35,040 bases of DNA. It comes from Candidatus Heimdallarchaeota archaeon. GTDB lineage: Archaea > Asgardarchaeota > Njordarchaeia > Njordarchaeales > JAMOTR01. The DNA is taken from assembly GCA_027068385.1 (NCBI GenBank), contig JAMOTR010000038.1, positions 1 to 35,040 on the forward strand. Direction: 5' to 3'. The translations under genes and the position numbers were made by a program. Shown in pieces: positions 18,223 to 28,897 of this stretch. The notes beneath the pieces were generated by a model. That model did not search any database. It saw nothing but the letters and a program-made list of their open reading frames with translations, and had not been told where the DNA came from. Positions within the stretch are counted from its first letter, which is position 1, and each line of letters begins with the position of its first letter.

Positions 18223-19286
18223 AGGACGGGCGCCTTACCTATCGCCCCTAAGTCTACGCTCTCTTTTTTATCCCGAGGGATCACCCTAGCCCCTATAGTC
18301 TTTCTCTGAGAGAGTCCTATCGCTATAGTATCGACGATGGTCCCGGTCACCTTATAATATAATATAGGTACTACGTCGACTCCGGTCGAACATACGGCCG
18401 ACCGGGCTTTGAGCGTGTCCACCGTAAGCTTACCCTCCTCCGCGAGCCTAGCGAGGACGTGATCCTCACCGAGAGGAGTCATTACGCGGTTGTATCCTAC
18501 TAGAGGGGCGACTAATGGGTACTCCTTGATCGCCTCATTAAGCGTATAGATGTATGAAAGCATACCGTCCACGGAGGACGAAAGGTCGCTTAGTAATGCT
18601 CCGACGCTTTCCTCCTTCACACCGGGCATCGGGGCTAGGGAAACGTCTATTCCCATGTACGGTACATCTAATTTCTGAGCGATCTCGTGTATAGGGTAAG
18701 CGACCTTCGGTAGAGTGACGAATACCGCGCGCTTCACCTCCTCGTAAGAGTTGTTCTCTATAGCATCCCTTAAGTCGCTCACCCGGTTTATGGCGATCGA
18801 GAGTCCGTATGAGATAGCCGGATCGCGTATAAAGCTATAGGGTAAATATGGGGAGAACCTGGGTGGGTTCACGCCCACTAATAACCTAGCCGCTGAGACG
18901 TCGTTCTTTAGCTCTAATACTACGTCGGAAGCTTTTATCGCCTCCTCTAGACTCTCCACGGAGATGAAGGCCGTGACCCTCTCGTCGCTTCTTAACACGC
19001 TCGGTAACGTACGAGTGAGTCCGTTCACACCGAACGTGCCGAACCCTCCGAAATAGTCGAACGGGGCCTCTTCGATTATCTTTAGTATCCCCTCTAGTTC
19101 CTCCTTTGTCCTTGGCGGACTAATCGATAAGCGGACGTTGTATACCTCTATCCCAGCCTTCTCGAACGGCCTCTTTAAACGCTCTATATTAATTTTTGAG
19201 ACGAAGGCCCTGAGCCTCTCGGGTGATCTATTCGTAGGATATAGCGAGGTGTTAAAAAACACCGTGATCGTACGCACCGCAACCAT
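18219..19286 (-). CDS. DUF711/UPF0210-like protein (tentative)
   Basis: The N-terminal VRTITVFF and FGGFGTF resemble UPF0210 proteins; this is a weak by-eye call. The gene ends at a tandem CGA-CGA (18219-18221, 18216-18218). The standard-code tail to 18105 is low-complexity (RRAFFFSSSG...). Confidence 0.35.
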
Positions 19287-19294
19287 TTACTTCG

Positions 19295-20728
19295 TTACCG
19301 ACCATCCTCTTTAGATACAGGCTTGCGGAACCGAGGACAACAGCGTACCTTCCTATACTTGGGGTGGCACTTCTTCAGCGTCTTATCGCTAATCCTTCCT
19401 AAGCGGGTCTCCGGGAGTATAGCTAATAGCTCCCGACCTAGCTCTATAGACTCCACTATGTCGCGCTCCGTCTCTCCCTGATTGATGAACCTCTGCTCGA
19501 ATTCATCCGCGAAGCGCAAGAACGCCTTATCTTCCTCGCTTAACGCCTCTTCTCCTACTACCGCCACGAGGTCGCGTAGATCGACGCCCTCGGCATAAGC
19601 CGCATATAATTGATCGGCTAGCTCCTTGTGACACGGTGTCGTCTTACCCTTACCGATAGCCTCGCGCATCAGACGGGAGAGGCTCGGTAGAGGATCTATA
19701 GGCGGGTATATTCCCTTGCGGTGAAGAGCTCTAGATAGGTATATCTGTCCCTCCGTAATGTATCCCGTTAAGTCGGGCACCGGGTGCGTCACGTCGTCGT
19801 TCGGCATCGTTAGTATCGGCATGAGCGTGATGCTCCCGTTCTTTCCCCTCACGATCCCACAACGCTCGTATATGGAGGCTAGGTCCGAGTATAGGTAAGC
19901 CGGATAGCCGCGCCTTCCGGGTATCTCGTTCCTCGCGGCCGAGATCTCACGCAACGCCTCAGCGTAGTTGGTCATGTCCGTGAGTATTACTAACACGTGC
20001 CTCTCCGTCTCGAACGCTAGATACTCGGCCACAGTTAACGCTAGACGAGGCGTGATTATACGCTCTATAGCCGGGTCGTTAGCGAGGTTCACGAACATCA
20101 CGGTCCTCTCCATCGCCCCGCTTTCCTCGAGGCTCTTACGGAAGAAGTTATACTCCTCGGCCGTGATTCCCATGGCCGCGAACACCACCGCGAACTCCTC
20201 CTCCGTTCCCACCACTTTAGCCTGCCTCGCGATCTGTACGGCTAAGCGGTTATGAGGTAATCCGGATCCGGAGAATAGCGGAAGCTTCTGGCCGCGCACG
20301 AGGGTGAGCATCACGTCTATAGTCGATATACCCGTCTGAATGAAGTCGTGAGGATACTTACGCATCACGGGATTTATAGGGGAGCCGTTCACGTCAAGCC
20401 GCGCCTCGGCTACGGGCTTCTTATATCCGTCTATGGGCTCACCGCGGCCGTTAAATATTCTTCCTAGCATGTCCTCGGAGACCCCTATGCGTAGAGTCTC
20501 GCCAAGCATGCGGAACGAGGAATTAATATCTATCCCGAGCGTTTGCTCGAATACCTGTACCACCACGGCGCTCTCGGAGGCCTCTATGACTTGTCCGAGA
20601 CGCTCGCCTTCCGGAGTTAATATGCGCACGAGTTCCCCGAACATCGGCTTGAGTCCCTTAGGTTCTACGATAACTAGGGGGCCCGTGATCTGTTGGAGGC
20701 CCTTATACGTGATCGCCGGTCTATCCAT
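19295..20728 (-). CDS. atpB: A/V-type ATP synthase subunit B
   Basis: I set the start at ATG 20728 ([22 protein letters not shown]); an in-frame CGA (20735-20737) lies 2 codons upstream. Motifs: [36 protein letters not shown]. It has an unusual Cys/Lys-rich C-terminal tail. Confidence 0.9.
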   Translation of the reverse strand: MDRPAITYKGLQQITGPLVIVEPKGLKPMFGELVRILTPEGERLGQVIEASESAVVVQVFEQTLGIDINSSFRMLGETLRIGVSEDMLGRIFNGRGEPIDGYKKPVAEARLDVNGSPINPVMRKYPHDFIQTGISTIDVMLTLVRGQKLPLFSGSGLPHNRLAVQIARQAKVVGTEEEFAVVFAAMGITAEEYNFFRKSLEESGAMERTVMFVNLANDPAIERIITPRLALTVAEYLAFETERHVLVILTDMTNYAEALREISAARNEIPGRRGYPAYLYSDLASIYERCGIVRGKNGSITLMPILTMPNDDVTHPVPDLTGYITEGQIYLSRALHRKGIYPPIDPLPSLSRLMREAIGKGKTTPCHKELADQLYAAYAEGVDLRDLVAVVGEEALSEEDKAFLRFADEFEQRFINQGETERDIVESIELGRELLAILPETRLGRISDKTLKKCHPKYRKVRCCPRFRKPVSKEDGR

Positions 20729-20806
20729 AAAGAATCGATAGCGCGGGAATAAAGAAGGAGTTCGGTAATTGAAAAGATAGAACTTCGATCGGTATTTAGT
20801 CGGAGA

Positions 20807-23800
20807 ATGAGTAAAAGTCCGAGCATAAATGCCACAAACAATATTTTCGAGGCCTTGTACACGGCTCTGTTTCACGACGTCGAGAAGGTGTTCAGAATAA
20901 GGAAGTACGGAGGGGTCGTTCCCACGAAAGATAAACCTAGCTTGGGAGTCGGAACGGAGGAATCAAAATTCATTAATGAAATGGGGAAGAACGCTCACCA
21001 AGTTCTTAATAGCGTTTATGGTGGACCGGGTGGGCGCATCGATACTAATGACGTACATAAAGCGTTGTCGAGCAACCCCGATCTCTTAAGGATCGTCTTC
21101 TATAGGACGAATCTAAACCCGGAAATAGGAGAGTTGAAGCCCATTTACGACGGAAGCGCCGCGGGGAGCACGAGGGGTGGACAAATTCATATCTACCATA
21201 ACAACAACCCGAGCTCCGGTAGATACGCCCAGTTAGAGATACTATCGCTTTACTCTTTAATAAACGGGACGAAGGACCTCGATCCGAGGAAGCTCGTGCA
21301 CATATATTATACCCTTAAGAAGTACGGAAATAATAAGAGGCTCTTATCGGCCGAGGTGGAGCTCGTAGGGAATCCGACCGTGGCGTATAACAACATCTAC
21401 GTCAAGGGATCCCAGGAGTACGAGGACCTCCTTAAGTATAACCCTAACGTACGGGCGAATAAGGACGTTTATCCGTTGGGACCGTTCGTGGAGCTATACA
21501 CGTACCTATACGTCTCGGACGCGTTGAGGGCCAAGGATAACGACCTAATATCGTTAAAGCCCGTGCGGTCTTACGGCTCGATATTCAAAGCGGAGGACGT
21601 ATCCGAACCTTTCACTCCCCTATCGATCCATACGACGCTCGGCGCCGCGATTCAGGCGGCCTCGATGTACTATTCGATCGACGCGAGTAACGCGTTCAAG
21701 AATTCGAAAGTCGCCTTATATCACGTCGTGTTCTCGGGTTATAAGGATCTCATATCTCGCTTGCCGTACACGTTTCACCAAGCCGAAAGTATGTATTTGA
21801 GATTCACGCGCGCGATAAACTTGATACTTTACGGCCTTCTACGCGCCCTGAGCTTAGCGATCCGGCTTAATTATCTCAACGCAGCGAACGTGAGCGATCC
21901 GGAGTTCGAATACGTCCACGATTACGTAGCCCTAATACGCTCGCCCGCGGACATGTTCATCCCGATGTTCGTAAGTAACTCAAGGGGGACGTATGTGGAC
22001 GAAAAGGAGGTGAAGAAGGTCGTGGATACGACACTCATAGACCTTAGTAAGAGGCTCGAGGAGGTTCAGATAGAGCTCGAGGCCGCGGGTGAGAGGAGGA
22101 GGACGTCGCTTTCCGTGGTCCCCAAATACATATCCCTCGTGGGGAACGTCGAGATCACGAACGCGGCCTCGTTTAGGATCAAAACTAGGGGTAAAAGTAA
22201 TTTTGTGGAGCGGAACTTGGGTGGGTTCTCGTATACCATGGTTAACCCCACGGAATACGATGAGATGCTCTTAAGGGCGCGCGTGAGGATACCTACGGTC
22301 ATAAACGCTGGGGCGATAAAGAGTAGCACGGAGTTCTTCGTCCTCAAATTATATCGCGATAAGAGCGACGTCTATCCCGCGATATACGCGTACGAGAAAG
22401 GAAAAGTCTCACAGATCACGAAGAAGTTCGACGACGGAAAGGATATCTCGGAGGTAGAAAAGTACGAACTAGTCGATATAGTAGTGATCTTATACGCTCC
22501 CGAGGCGGAGGGACCCGAGGGAATAGATTACCTAGGGATCTTCGAGAAGCGGCTAGAAGCCGCGGACAAGCTGAGGAACGACGTACAAAGGATGACGAAA
22601 AACGTCGAGCTCAAGAAGAAGAAGGAGGCCGTCGGGATCGTGGATCTATTCGTGATCCCCTCTTATAGGCCAGTAGACCTAGAACAAAAGTATAAGAGGG
22701 ACGATAAGGAGCCTTACGTACTACATCGGAGGTTCGCGTTTCCCGAGCCCGCATATGGGGTGATGCGCTTGAAGAAGTTCGATAAGATATACGTGAGCGG
22801 AATCCCTAAGGACTTCTTTAAGAATGTGAGCCCAGTCCATTACTTAGCGTTCTTAGAGGAGGCCTTAATGTATCGGGGACTAACTATTCTACCTTCCACG
22901 CTCGCCCCCTTGAACCCTACGATCATATACGTGGCTAGGGACGAAAGCTACTATCTAACGGATACAGCGGGCGACTTCTCTAGGGTAATCTCTCTCTTAA
23001 AATCGCGGGACGAGGCGCGTTATCCCGTAGAAGTAATCCTAGAGGCTACGAGCGTGAAGAAACCGATATACTACGTGAAAGCTAATACCGACGGGTTCAT
23101 AGAGCTGAGGCCCGTGAGGGCAGGGAACGACTACTTAATACCCCCGAGGGCCGTCGCGTTCTCGATGCCCATAGGACTAAAGGAGCTCGCTGAAGCCTTA
23201 ACCCGGGGGAGGAAGATCCTAGAGGAATCAAATAAGGGGAAGGTTAATCTGGGCGCTATAATAAGATACCTAAAACCTTACTCTAAGCGGTTCATCCTAG
23301 ACTTCTTCGAGAGAATTAAGGAGGAGACGAAGAAGGAGCCGGAGAACAGGAATTATACGGAGGCTATAAAAGGTGAGGAAAAGTTCGACGAGTTCCTGAA
23401 CGAGAGCCTATACATACTCACGCGCCTCGATAACTTAAGTAACGTGGGAATAGACTCTCAGAAGCTCTACGAGATCGTCGGAAAACCACTCATTAACTTC
23501 GCGTACGCATTAACGTCGAAGGACGGTGACGACCTCGCGTTCTTAAATATATTAAAGGATTTGAGCGGGGAAAAGGGTAAAAGAAAGATAGAGATTATGC
23601 TCGACATCATCGCGTCGTTCTTACTAGAGATCGAGAAATACGAGGGAGGCTCGATAAAGCTCGACGTATTAAAGTATCTCAAGAGCGCCACGCTCATAGC
23701 GAGGGACACTAAAAACTTCGACGAAGCGTTGAATTACGCGATAAAAAGGATCGAGCCGTACTATAAGCGCGATTATAAGGGACTAAAGAGGGAGCTTATG

Positions 23801-23956
23801 CGCCTTCAGAGGATACTTCTACTTACTTTAGCGATCAAGATGATGGAGGAACACGACAAGAACTTCGCGCCCGATCCCAACGGAGATAAAGACTTCGTGA
23901 AGAGGTTCCTAACACTCGCTATAGCGTCTAGACTCGCGGATGTATCTAGGAGCTAA
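20807..23956 (+). CDS. Cas10-like large subunit candidate (N-terminal HD motif, degenerate cyclase motif, helical C-terminal region)
   Basis: A 1049-aa uninterrupted ORF with 10 CGG, no TGG and no CGA. The N-terminal [15 protein letters not shown] (HD at 20873-20878) resembles the Cas10 LLHDIGK HD motif. [11 protein letters not shown] (22634-22660) sits where the GGDDLF palm motif would be, but is degenerate. The last ~250 aa are predicted helical. It lies directly upstream of Cas7- and Cas5-like genes, with a 30-nt spacer. The family assignment rests on context and short motifs only. Confidence 0.5.
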   Translation: MSKSPSINATNNIFEALYTALFHDVEKVFRIRKYGGVVPTKDKPSLGVGTEESKFINEMGKNAHQVLNSVYGGPGGRIDTNDVHKALSSNPDLLRIVFYRTNLNPEIGELKPIYDGSAAGSTRGGQIHIYHNNNPSSGRYAQLEILSLYSLINGTKDLDPRKLVHIYYTLKKYGNNKRLLSAEVELVGNPTVAYNNIYVKGSQEYEDLLKYNPNVRANKDVYPLGPFVELYTYLYVSDALRAKDNDLISLKPVRSYGSIFKAEDVSEPFTPLSIHTTLGAAIQAASMYYSIDASNAFKNSKVALYHVVFSGYKDLISRLPYTFHQAESMYLRFTRAINLILYGLLRALSLAIRLNYLNAANVSDPEFEYVHDYVALIRSPADMFIPMFVSNSRGTYVDEKEVKKVVDTTLIDLSKRLEEVQIELEAAGERRRTSLSVVPKYISLVGNVEITNAASFRIKTRGKSNFVERNLGGFSYTMVNPTEYDEMLLRARVRIPTVINAGAIKSSTEFFVLKLYRDKSDVYPAIYAYEKGKVSQITKKFDDGKDISEVEKYELVDIVVILYAPEAEGPEGIDYLGIFEKRLEAADKLRNDVQRMTKNVELKKKKEAVGIVDLFVIPSYRPVDLEQKYKRDDKEPYVLHRRFAFPEPAYGVMRLKKFDKIYVSGIPKDFFKNVSPVHYLAFLEEALMYRGLTILPSTLAPLNPTIIYVARDESYYLTDTAGDFSRVISLLKSRDEARYPVEVILEATSVKKPIYYVKANTDGFIELRPVRAGNDYLIPPRAVAFSMPIGLKELAEALTRGRKILEESNKGKVNLGAIIRYLKPYSKRFILDFFERIKEETKKEPENRNYTEAIKGEEKFDEFLNESLYILTRLDNLSNVGIDSQKLYEIVGKPLINFAYALTSKDGDDLAFLNILKDLSGEKGKRKIEIMLDIIASFLLEIEKYEGGSIKLDVLKYLKSATLIARDTKNFDEALNYAIKRIEPYYKRDYKGLKRELMRLQRILLLTLAIKMMEEHDKNFAPDPNGDKDFVKRFLTLAIASRLADVSRS

Positions 23957-23986
23957 AGTTCTTTTTCTTTATTCATAGTTCTTCGT

Positions 23987-24814
23987 ATGTCACAACGTAG
24001 CGAAGCTCAAGAGGTTTTTGTAAAGATCAAAGGGGCGTACGTCCTTCATTTAAAACTTGAAGTCGAGAACATGCTCATTGGGGGCGTAGCTAGGTTCAAT
24101 AGATACGTACATCTCGAGACGATAAAGGACGCGAGGGGTAATCCCTATATACCCGCTTCTTCCGTTAAAGGGCGCCTTAGGATGCTTATAGAGACCTCTT
24201 ATGGACTCGCCGGAATAACCTCGCCCGACGCCTTGACGAAGAGCGCGGACGAGAGGTATACTTGGAGCAAACTCAAGGAGAGGATACCTAAGGATAAGAG
24301 GAAGGACGCATTTTGCCTCTTAGCGCTCTTCGGAGGATTAAACGACGTGGGTCCTACGAGACTAATATTTCACGATCTACGCTTCGAAGGCACCCCGGTG
24401 ACGGAGATAAAGCCGGAGAACATGGTCGATAGGTTCCGCGGAACGGCCGAGAACCCAAGGCTCGTGGAGCGTGTGAGCGGGGTGGCTAGGGGTAGGCTCT
24501 TAATATTAGACGTGGAGCCCGAAACGGAAGTAGAGGATAAAGAACTACGGGAGTCCGTCTGTCCGCACGGAATAAGGATGCTCAAAAACGGCTTTAAGCT
24601 CCTTAAGCTCTTAGGTCTCGGGCGCGGTGTGAGCAGGGGATACGGTAAGATCAAGAATATAATAATAGAGAAGATCGAGAGGATCGACGCGGGAGGGTCC
24701 GTGAGCGTAATATACGAGTATAAAGGAAGCGAAGATAACATAGAGGAGGCGTTCGACGAATTAATACAAAACATGTGTCCGGATAGGGCTCAGGAGAAGA
24801 GGGGTGACGCGTGA
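23987..24814 (+). CDS. cas7: Cas7-family RAMP protein (Csm3/Cmr4-like)
   Basis: Motifs: GNPYIPASSVKGRLRMLIE (the PyIPGSS.KG.lR RAMP signature), LALFGG, TRLIFHDLRF, EIKPENMVDRFRGTAENPRLVERV (idR.tg.a...l...E) and the C-terminal glycine-rich loop LGLGRGVSRGYGKI. Confidence 0.75.
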   Translation: MSQRSEAQEVFVKIKGAYVLHLKLEVENMLIGGVARFNRYVHLETIKDARGNPYIPASSVKGRLRMLIETSYGLAGITSPDALTKSADERYTWSKLKERIPKDKRKDAFCLLALFGGLNDVGPTRLIFHDLRFEGTPVTEIKPENMVDRFRGTAENPRLVERVSGVARGRLLILDVEPETEVEDKELRESVCPHGIRMLKNGFKLLKLLGLGRGVSRGYGKIKNIIIEKIERIDAGGSVSVIYEYKGSEDNIEEAFDELIQNMCPDRAQEKRGDA

Positions 24815-25680
24815 TGAATAAATCGAAAACTATAAAGGCGTTTATTTTGGAACCCTTAGGCCCTTTCTACGGATACATCCCCACGAGTTTAACGCTCTAT
24901 AGAGCGTTGTTAGCGCTAGAAAAGAGCGGCCTAATAGACCTTAAGGACGGCTTCTCCATCGCTGGAATCTTCGCATACGACCCTAAGAACGATCTCTTGT
25001 ACTTACCGTCGGATTCCCGGATTCTAGCGCTCAAAGACGCGACCATCGATAATTATAAGATAAACGTCCCGGAGAGCCTTTACGTTCCGTTCGAGTCCTC
25101 CATGAAGTCTTACTTTGCGCTCGTGAAGGGGAAGAACGAGTATGAGGTAAGGGTCGAATACCCCTTCTTACTCACACTTTCCGCTAGGATAAACGTCTCT
25201 CGCTCCGCGTTTACGTCGTATGGAACCGGGCGCGTAGCATATAATCGCATGTATCTATCGAGGTTTAAACGGGCGATCTTAACGGACCTAGATAAGAACA
25301 TCATAAGGCTCTTAGGCGAGTTTGGGGTCGGTAACTATAAGTCCATAGGGGGCGGGGCGTTCGAGATAATAGGCGAACGCGAGGTGGAGATAAAGCCCAT
25401 TAATGTACAAAAGAAGCTCGAAGGTTACGACCTCGAGTACTCGCCCCTCGACTTCCCCCTAAATTACGGGATCGGGAACGTGCGGGAGATGCGTACGAGG
25501 ATATTCGACGGATCCTCTAGGATTAAGATAGTGAGGTACTTAGCGGGGGGATTAATAAAGAAAGACGCCCTCAAAGACGACCGGCCTCAGGCGTTTCGGG
25601 GGAGTACGTTCCCGCGTATAAAAGGAAACGATTGTCCACGCGCCCGCTTAATAAGGGGATTCCCATTTCTAAAGAAACGA
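24814..25680 (+). CDS. cas5: Cas5-family RAMP protein (Csm4/Cmr3-like)
   Basis: ATG 24814 overlaps the cas7 TGA (TGATG). The N-terminal AFILEPLGPFYGYIPTSLTLYRALL resembles Csm4 (l.p.sp.h.G ... sDTLfsAl). Also FSIAGIFAY, LLYLPSD and the glycine-rich loop FGVGNYKSIGGGAFEI. In-frame CGA at 25678-25680 ends it 45 nt before the convergent kae1 stop; the standard frame runs to 25737 and would overlap kae1. Confidence 0.6.
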
Positions 25681-25725
25681 TCAGCACGCGCACCTATCAT
25701 CATTTTTCAGACCCGTGGAGGCTCA

Positions 25726-26733
25726 TCATCTCGGTAGAATTTCTGGTGGCGGTAGTTCAAATTCTTCCATCCTCCGTTTAGGAATCACGTAACTTTCCTC
25801 GATCTTTAGAGGCTCCATTCCCGCCTTATACATCTCTAACGCTACATACGCGATCATCGCACCGTTATCCACGGCAAGCTCCGGGGATACGATACCGTGC
25901 TTTATGTTCCGATCCTCCGCCATCTCCTCGAACATTTTCCTTAAGCGCTTGTTCCTCGCAACTCCGCCCACAAGTAGAGCCTCTTTTTTACCCGTGAACC
26001 CTAGCGCCCTCTCTAATACTTCTATTACCATAGCGAAGGCCGTCTCTTGTAGCGAATAAGCGACGTCCTCGATCGGAACTCCGGACTCTAATAATTCTAT
26101 AGCCGCCTTTAGGAGACCGCTAAAGCTTAAGTTCATGCCCTTCACGACATAAGGAAGATCGTAGTAACGCGACCCCTTCTGAGCGAAGCGTTCTATATGA
26201 GGTCCTCCTGGGAACGGTATCGTGATCCCTAAGATCCTAGCAGCCTCGCGCGCGAAGGTATCTAATAGATTCCCCAACCCTATATCAAGCGTCTCTCCGT
26301 ACACTACGTATCTTCTTCCCTCGCGACCGACCACGGCCGTGTTTCCCCCGGAGAGATACAACGCTATAGGCTCCTTAAATCCGTGCTCCCGACGCCCTAT
26401 CTCGATGTGAGCTACAGCGTGATTTACCCCGTATAGAGGCACTTCTAACACGGAGGCTAAGAATCTAGCGGCCGTAGCTACGGTCCTTAAACAAGGCCCT
26501 AGACCCGGCCCACGGGAGAAACCTATTGCTACTACGTCCGTTCCCAACGTATCGAACGCCTTCTCTACGAGCTTCGGTAACCTTTGGGCTATAAACTGAG
26601 CGGACTCGCGCGGATGTATACCTCCGGAGGGGGAAGTATATTGTTCCCTCAAGTTTAAGAGTAGCTCACCGTCTAGGCTAAAAGCCCCTACTCCGGCCGT
26701 ATGAGCGGTACCCTCAAGACCTAAAACGTACAT
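25726..26733 (-). CDS. kae1: tRNA N6-adenosine threonylcarbamoyltransferase Kae1
   Basis: ATG 26733 (MYVLGLEGTAHTAGVGAF...), HPRESAQF, YGVNHAVAHIE, LYLSGGNT, LVGGVARN and DNGAMIA. At 335 aa it is the normal Kae1 length. aaggagagg lies upstream of the ATG. Confidence 0.9.
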   Translation of the reverse strand: MYVLGLEGTAHTAGVGAFSLDGELLLNLREQYTSPSGGIHPRESAQFIAQRLPKLVEKAFDTLGTDVVAIGFSRGPGLGPCLRTVATAARFLASVLEVPLYGVNHAVAHIEIGRREHGFKEPIALYLSGGNTAVVGREGRRYVVYGETLDIGLGNLLDTFAREAARILGITIPFPGGPHIERFAQKGSRYYDLPYVVKGMNLSFSGLLKAAIELLESGVPIEDVAYSLQETAFAMVIEVLERALGFTGKKEALLVGGVARNKRLRKMFEEMAEDRNIKHGIVSPELAVDNGAMIAYVALEMYKAGMEPLKIEESYVIPKRRMEEFELPPPEILPR

Positions 26734-26742
26734 TTCAAAAAT

Positions 26743-27531
26743 TCGTTCTCCTCTCCTTCTTAGCTTCTCGTATATCTTCGGGCTCCGTACTATCATAAGT
26801 ATATTAAAGAACATGGCCTCGATCGCGAACGCGAAGGACCTCCGATCGAAGAACCCTCCGAAGGTCCGGAGGACGAAGGAGGGTATGTAGAACACGAGGG
26901 CGAGGGCGGATAAGATCCTGTAGAGCGTGACGTATCCCGCGGATCCCAGAACCCCTATAACGAACACGATCACGCCCATGAGCTGTAGGGAAGAGGCATA
27001 TGGGCCCGAGACGTGAAGCGATATCGTCGCTCCGGAGATGAAGTATCCTACGCTCGAGAGGGCTCCGAGAATTATCGGTACATAATAAGATAATAGAGCT
27101 AAGAGCGCTAATAACGTCCCTAAGAGCCGAAGACCTACCCCTACGCCTAAGACCATCTGAAGGGACTCGGTGAACCTGCCCTGGGCGATCGCTTCCTTCA
27201 ACGTAGGACCTAAGGATATCACGCGTAAGGCTAACACCGACGCGCTAATGCCGGCCCCGACCGAGATCATGAACCTAGCGGGAAACACAGCGTTCGTGAG
27301 GTATATAAGGCCTCCGATAAGGACGGAGAAGCCTCCCAAGTATGCGATGAAGTACAAGACGTTGAGTATAGTCGTCCCTTGTTCCTCCGTAATATACCCG
27401 TACGTCTTCAAATAAGCGACTATCTGAGCGTATATACCCGGATCCCCTACAGCGTTTACGAGCACCAAGATTATCCCTCCCAGGATGGCGAAGATTGGTT
27501 GAAGGATGTATTTGGGCCTTTTCACGATCAT
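26743..27531 (-). CDS. hypothetical polytopic membrane protein
   Basis: 262 codons, about 7 hydrophobic helices. It ends at in-frame CGA 26743-26745, 9 nt before the kae1 ATG. The standard-code track fuses it to Kae1 as a 601-aa ORF. Confidence 0.5.
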
Positions 27532-27562
27532 AATAATAAAAAGATGATTAAATACGATCGCG

Positions 27563-28888
27563 TCGGATATAACCCAAGCGCGTGAGTTCCCTTTCTAGCT
27601 CGCTTAACGATATCTCGGATTCTAATCCCCGTTTCTCTAGAGCGACGCGAAACTCCTCGCTTTCCCTCGCGATTTCCTCTTTCGTATGTCCATCGAGAGC
27701 CCCTTTAAACGCGTCTAGCATAGCCTTCACGCCCGCTTTGATGCCCTTTGGATGTCCCACTATCGCGCGACCGACGAGGTATATGACGTCCCTAAACCCC
27801 ATGTTTATCGCGTCATAAGCTAGTGAGGGAGTTATTCCGGATCCTATTAGCGGTATCGTCTTTCCTATAGGACCTTCGCCCGCTAAAGCGTTATAAGCGC
27901 TCCGAACTGTGTATAAGTCCTTCTTATGAGAACCTACGGGAGGAGGTATCTGTGCTATGTCTGCTCCTGAGATACGTTCGAACAGCGCTAACACGGCCGC
28001 GTTAAACCCTCTCGGACTATCTATTAGCGCGGAGAATCCGGAATTCCTAGTGTATACTGGGACGTCGAACTCCCTTACGACTTCGTTTATCTCGTCGTAA
28101 CTCGCGTACATCGAGGGAATAAGCACGCCTAACCTCTCCACGTCTAATTTTTCTAAGGCCTTAAGAACCGTGCTTAACGTCCTCTTTGGGTCCCTAGATC
28201 CTATATTTAAGAAATAGAAGACGTACTCGTTCTTCGACTTTTTAATTTCGTTGAGGATCCTCTTAGCTCTGTCTATCCTCTTCGAGTACTTCGGATCTAG
28301 GAGCTTCTCGTCGTCCGCTATCATATGAACGCCCGCTTCGGCTACGTCGCGCGCTAGCTTAGCGTATTGATCCGAGGTGAGACCTAGAGAGGGCTTCATG
28401 ATGAACCCTAAATAGGGCCCTGGGCCCCGGATCTTTCTAAGATAATCGGACCTCAAAGGACCCCCGAACCTCTTTAGTATATTCTCCGGAAACTCTATCG
28501 ATGTGATCTTTATGCTACGCACGGACGCGGAATCGAGCAGATCACCCGCGATATATACGAGTATATCGTCGAACGAAATATCTTTGGAGAGATGTACGGT
28601 AGGGTATTCTATTTCTACGATGCCTATATCGACGATGCTCTCGCCTCCATTATGATCGCTCACCACCTTCGATCCTATTGGATCGACGTGCCTCACTACG
28701 GCGCCGTATTTCTTTATGTCCTCCTTGTCGATGCCCAGAACCGAAAATATAACGTCCGTCACTCCGGCTATGCTCAAACTCTGTTCGTCCGCGAGGTGAC
28801 TAGCTATCTCATATAACTTCCCTCTATTATCGGGAGTCGTTTCGACCAAATAGCGCACTCTTATCGTACCGTTTTTCTTAATGGGCAC
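27563..28888 (-). CDS. RuBisCO large-subunit-like protein (divergent, form IV-like; non-carboxylating)
   Basis: It aligns by eye to archaeal form III RbcL. FPENILKRFGGP, YLGFIMKPSLGLTS (the KPK.G motif with the second Lys changed to Ser) and GVHMIADDEKL (DF.KDDE with the carbamylated Lys changed to Ala, GCG at 28316-28318). Also LIGSGITP, VGHPKGIKAGVKA and VALEK-CGG-G (ALEKWG). The start is tentatively GTG 28888, 9 nt after the phosphomutase CGA. The end is at CGA 27563-27565, 4 codons before TAA. Confidence 0.7.
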
Positions 28889-28897
28889 GAAAAAACA

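Noticed and set aside
23519-23533. KDGDD in the C-terminal part of the 1049-aa protein as the Cas10 GGDD cyclase motif.
   Set aside because: It lies in the helical C-terminal region (about residue 905), far from where the palm domain would be, and lacks the hydrophobic beta-hairpin context (..GGDD.F..G). It is most likely coincidental.
25726-27531. A 601-aa ORF suggesting a membrane-anchored Kae1 fusion.
   Set aside because: An in-frame CGA at 26743-26745 lies 9 nt before an SD-preceded ATG that yields a normal 335-aa Kae1.
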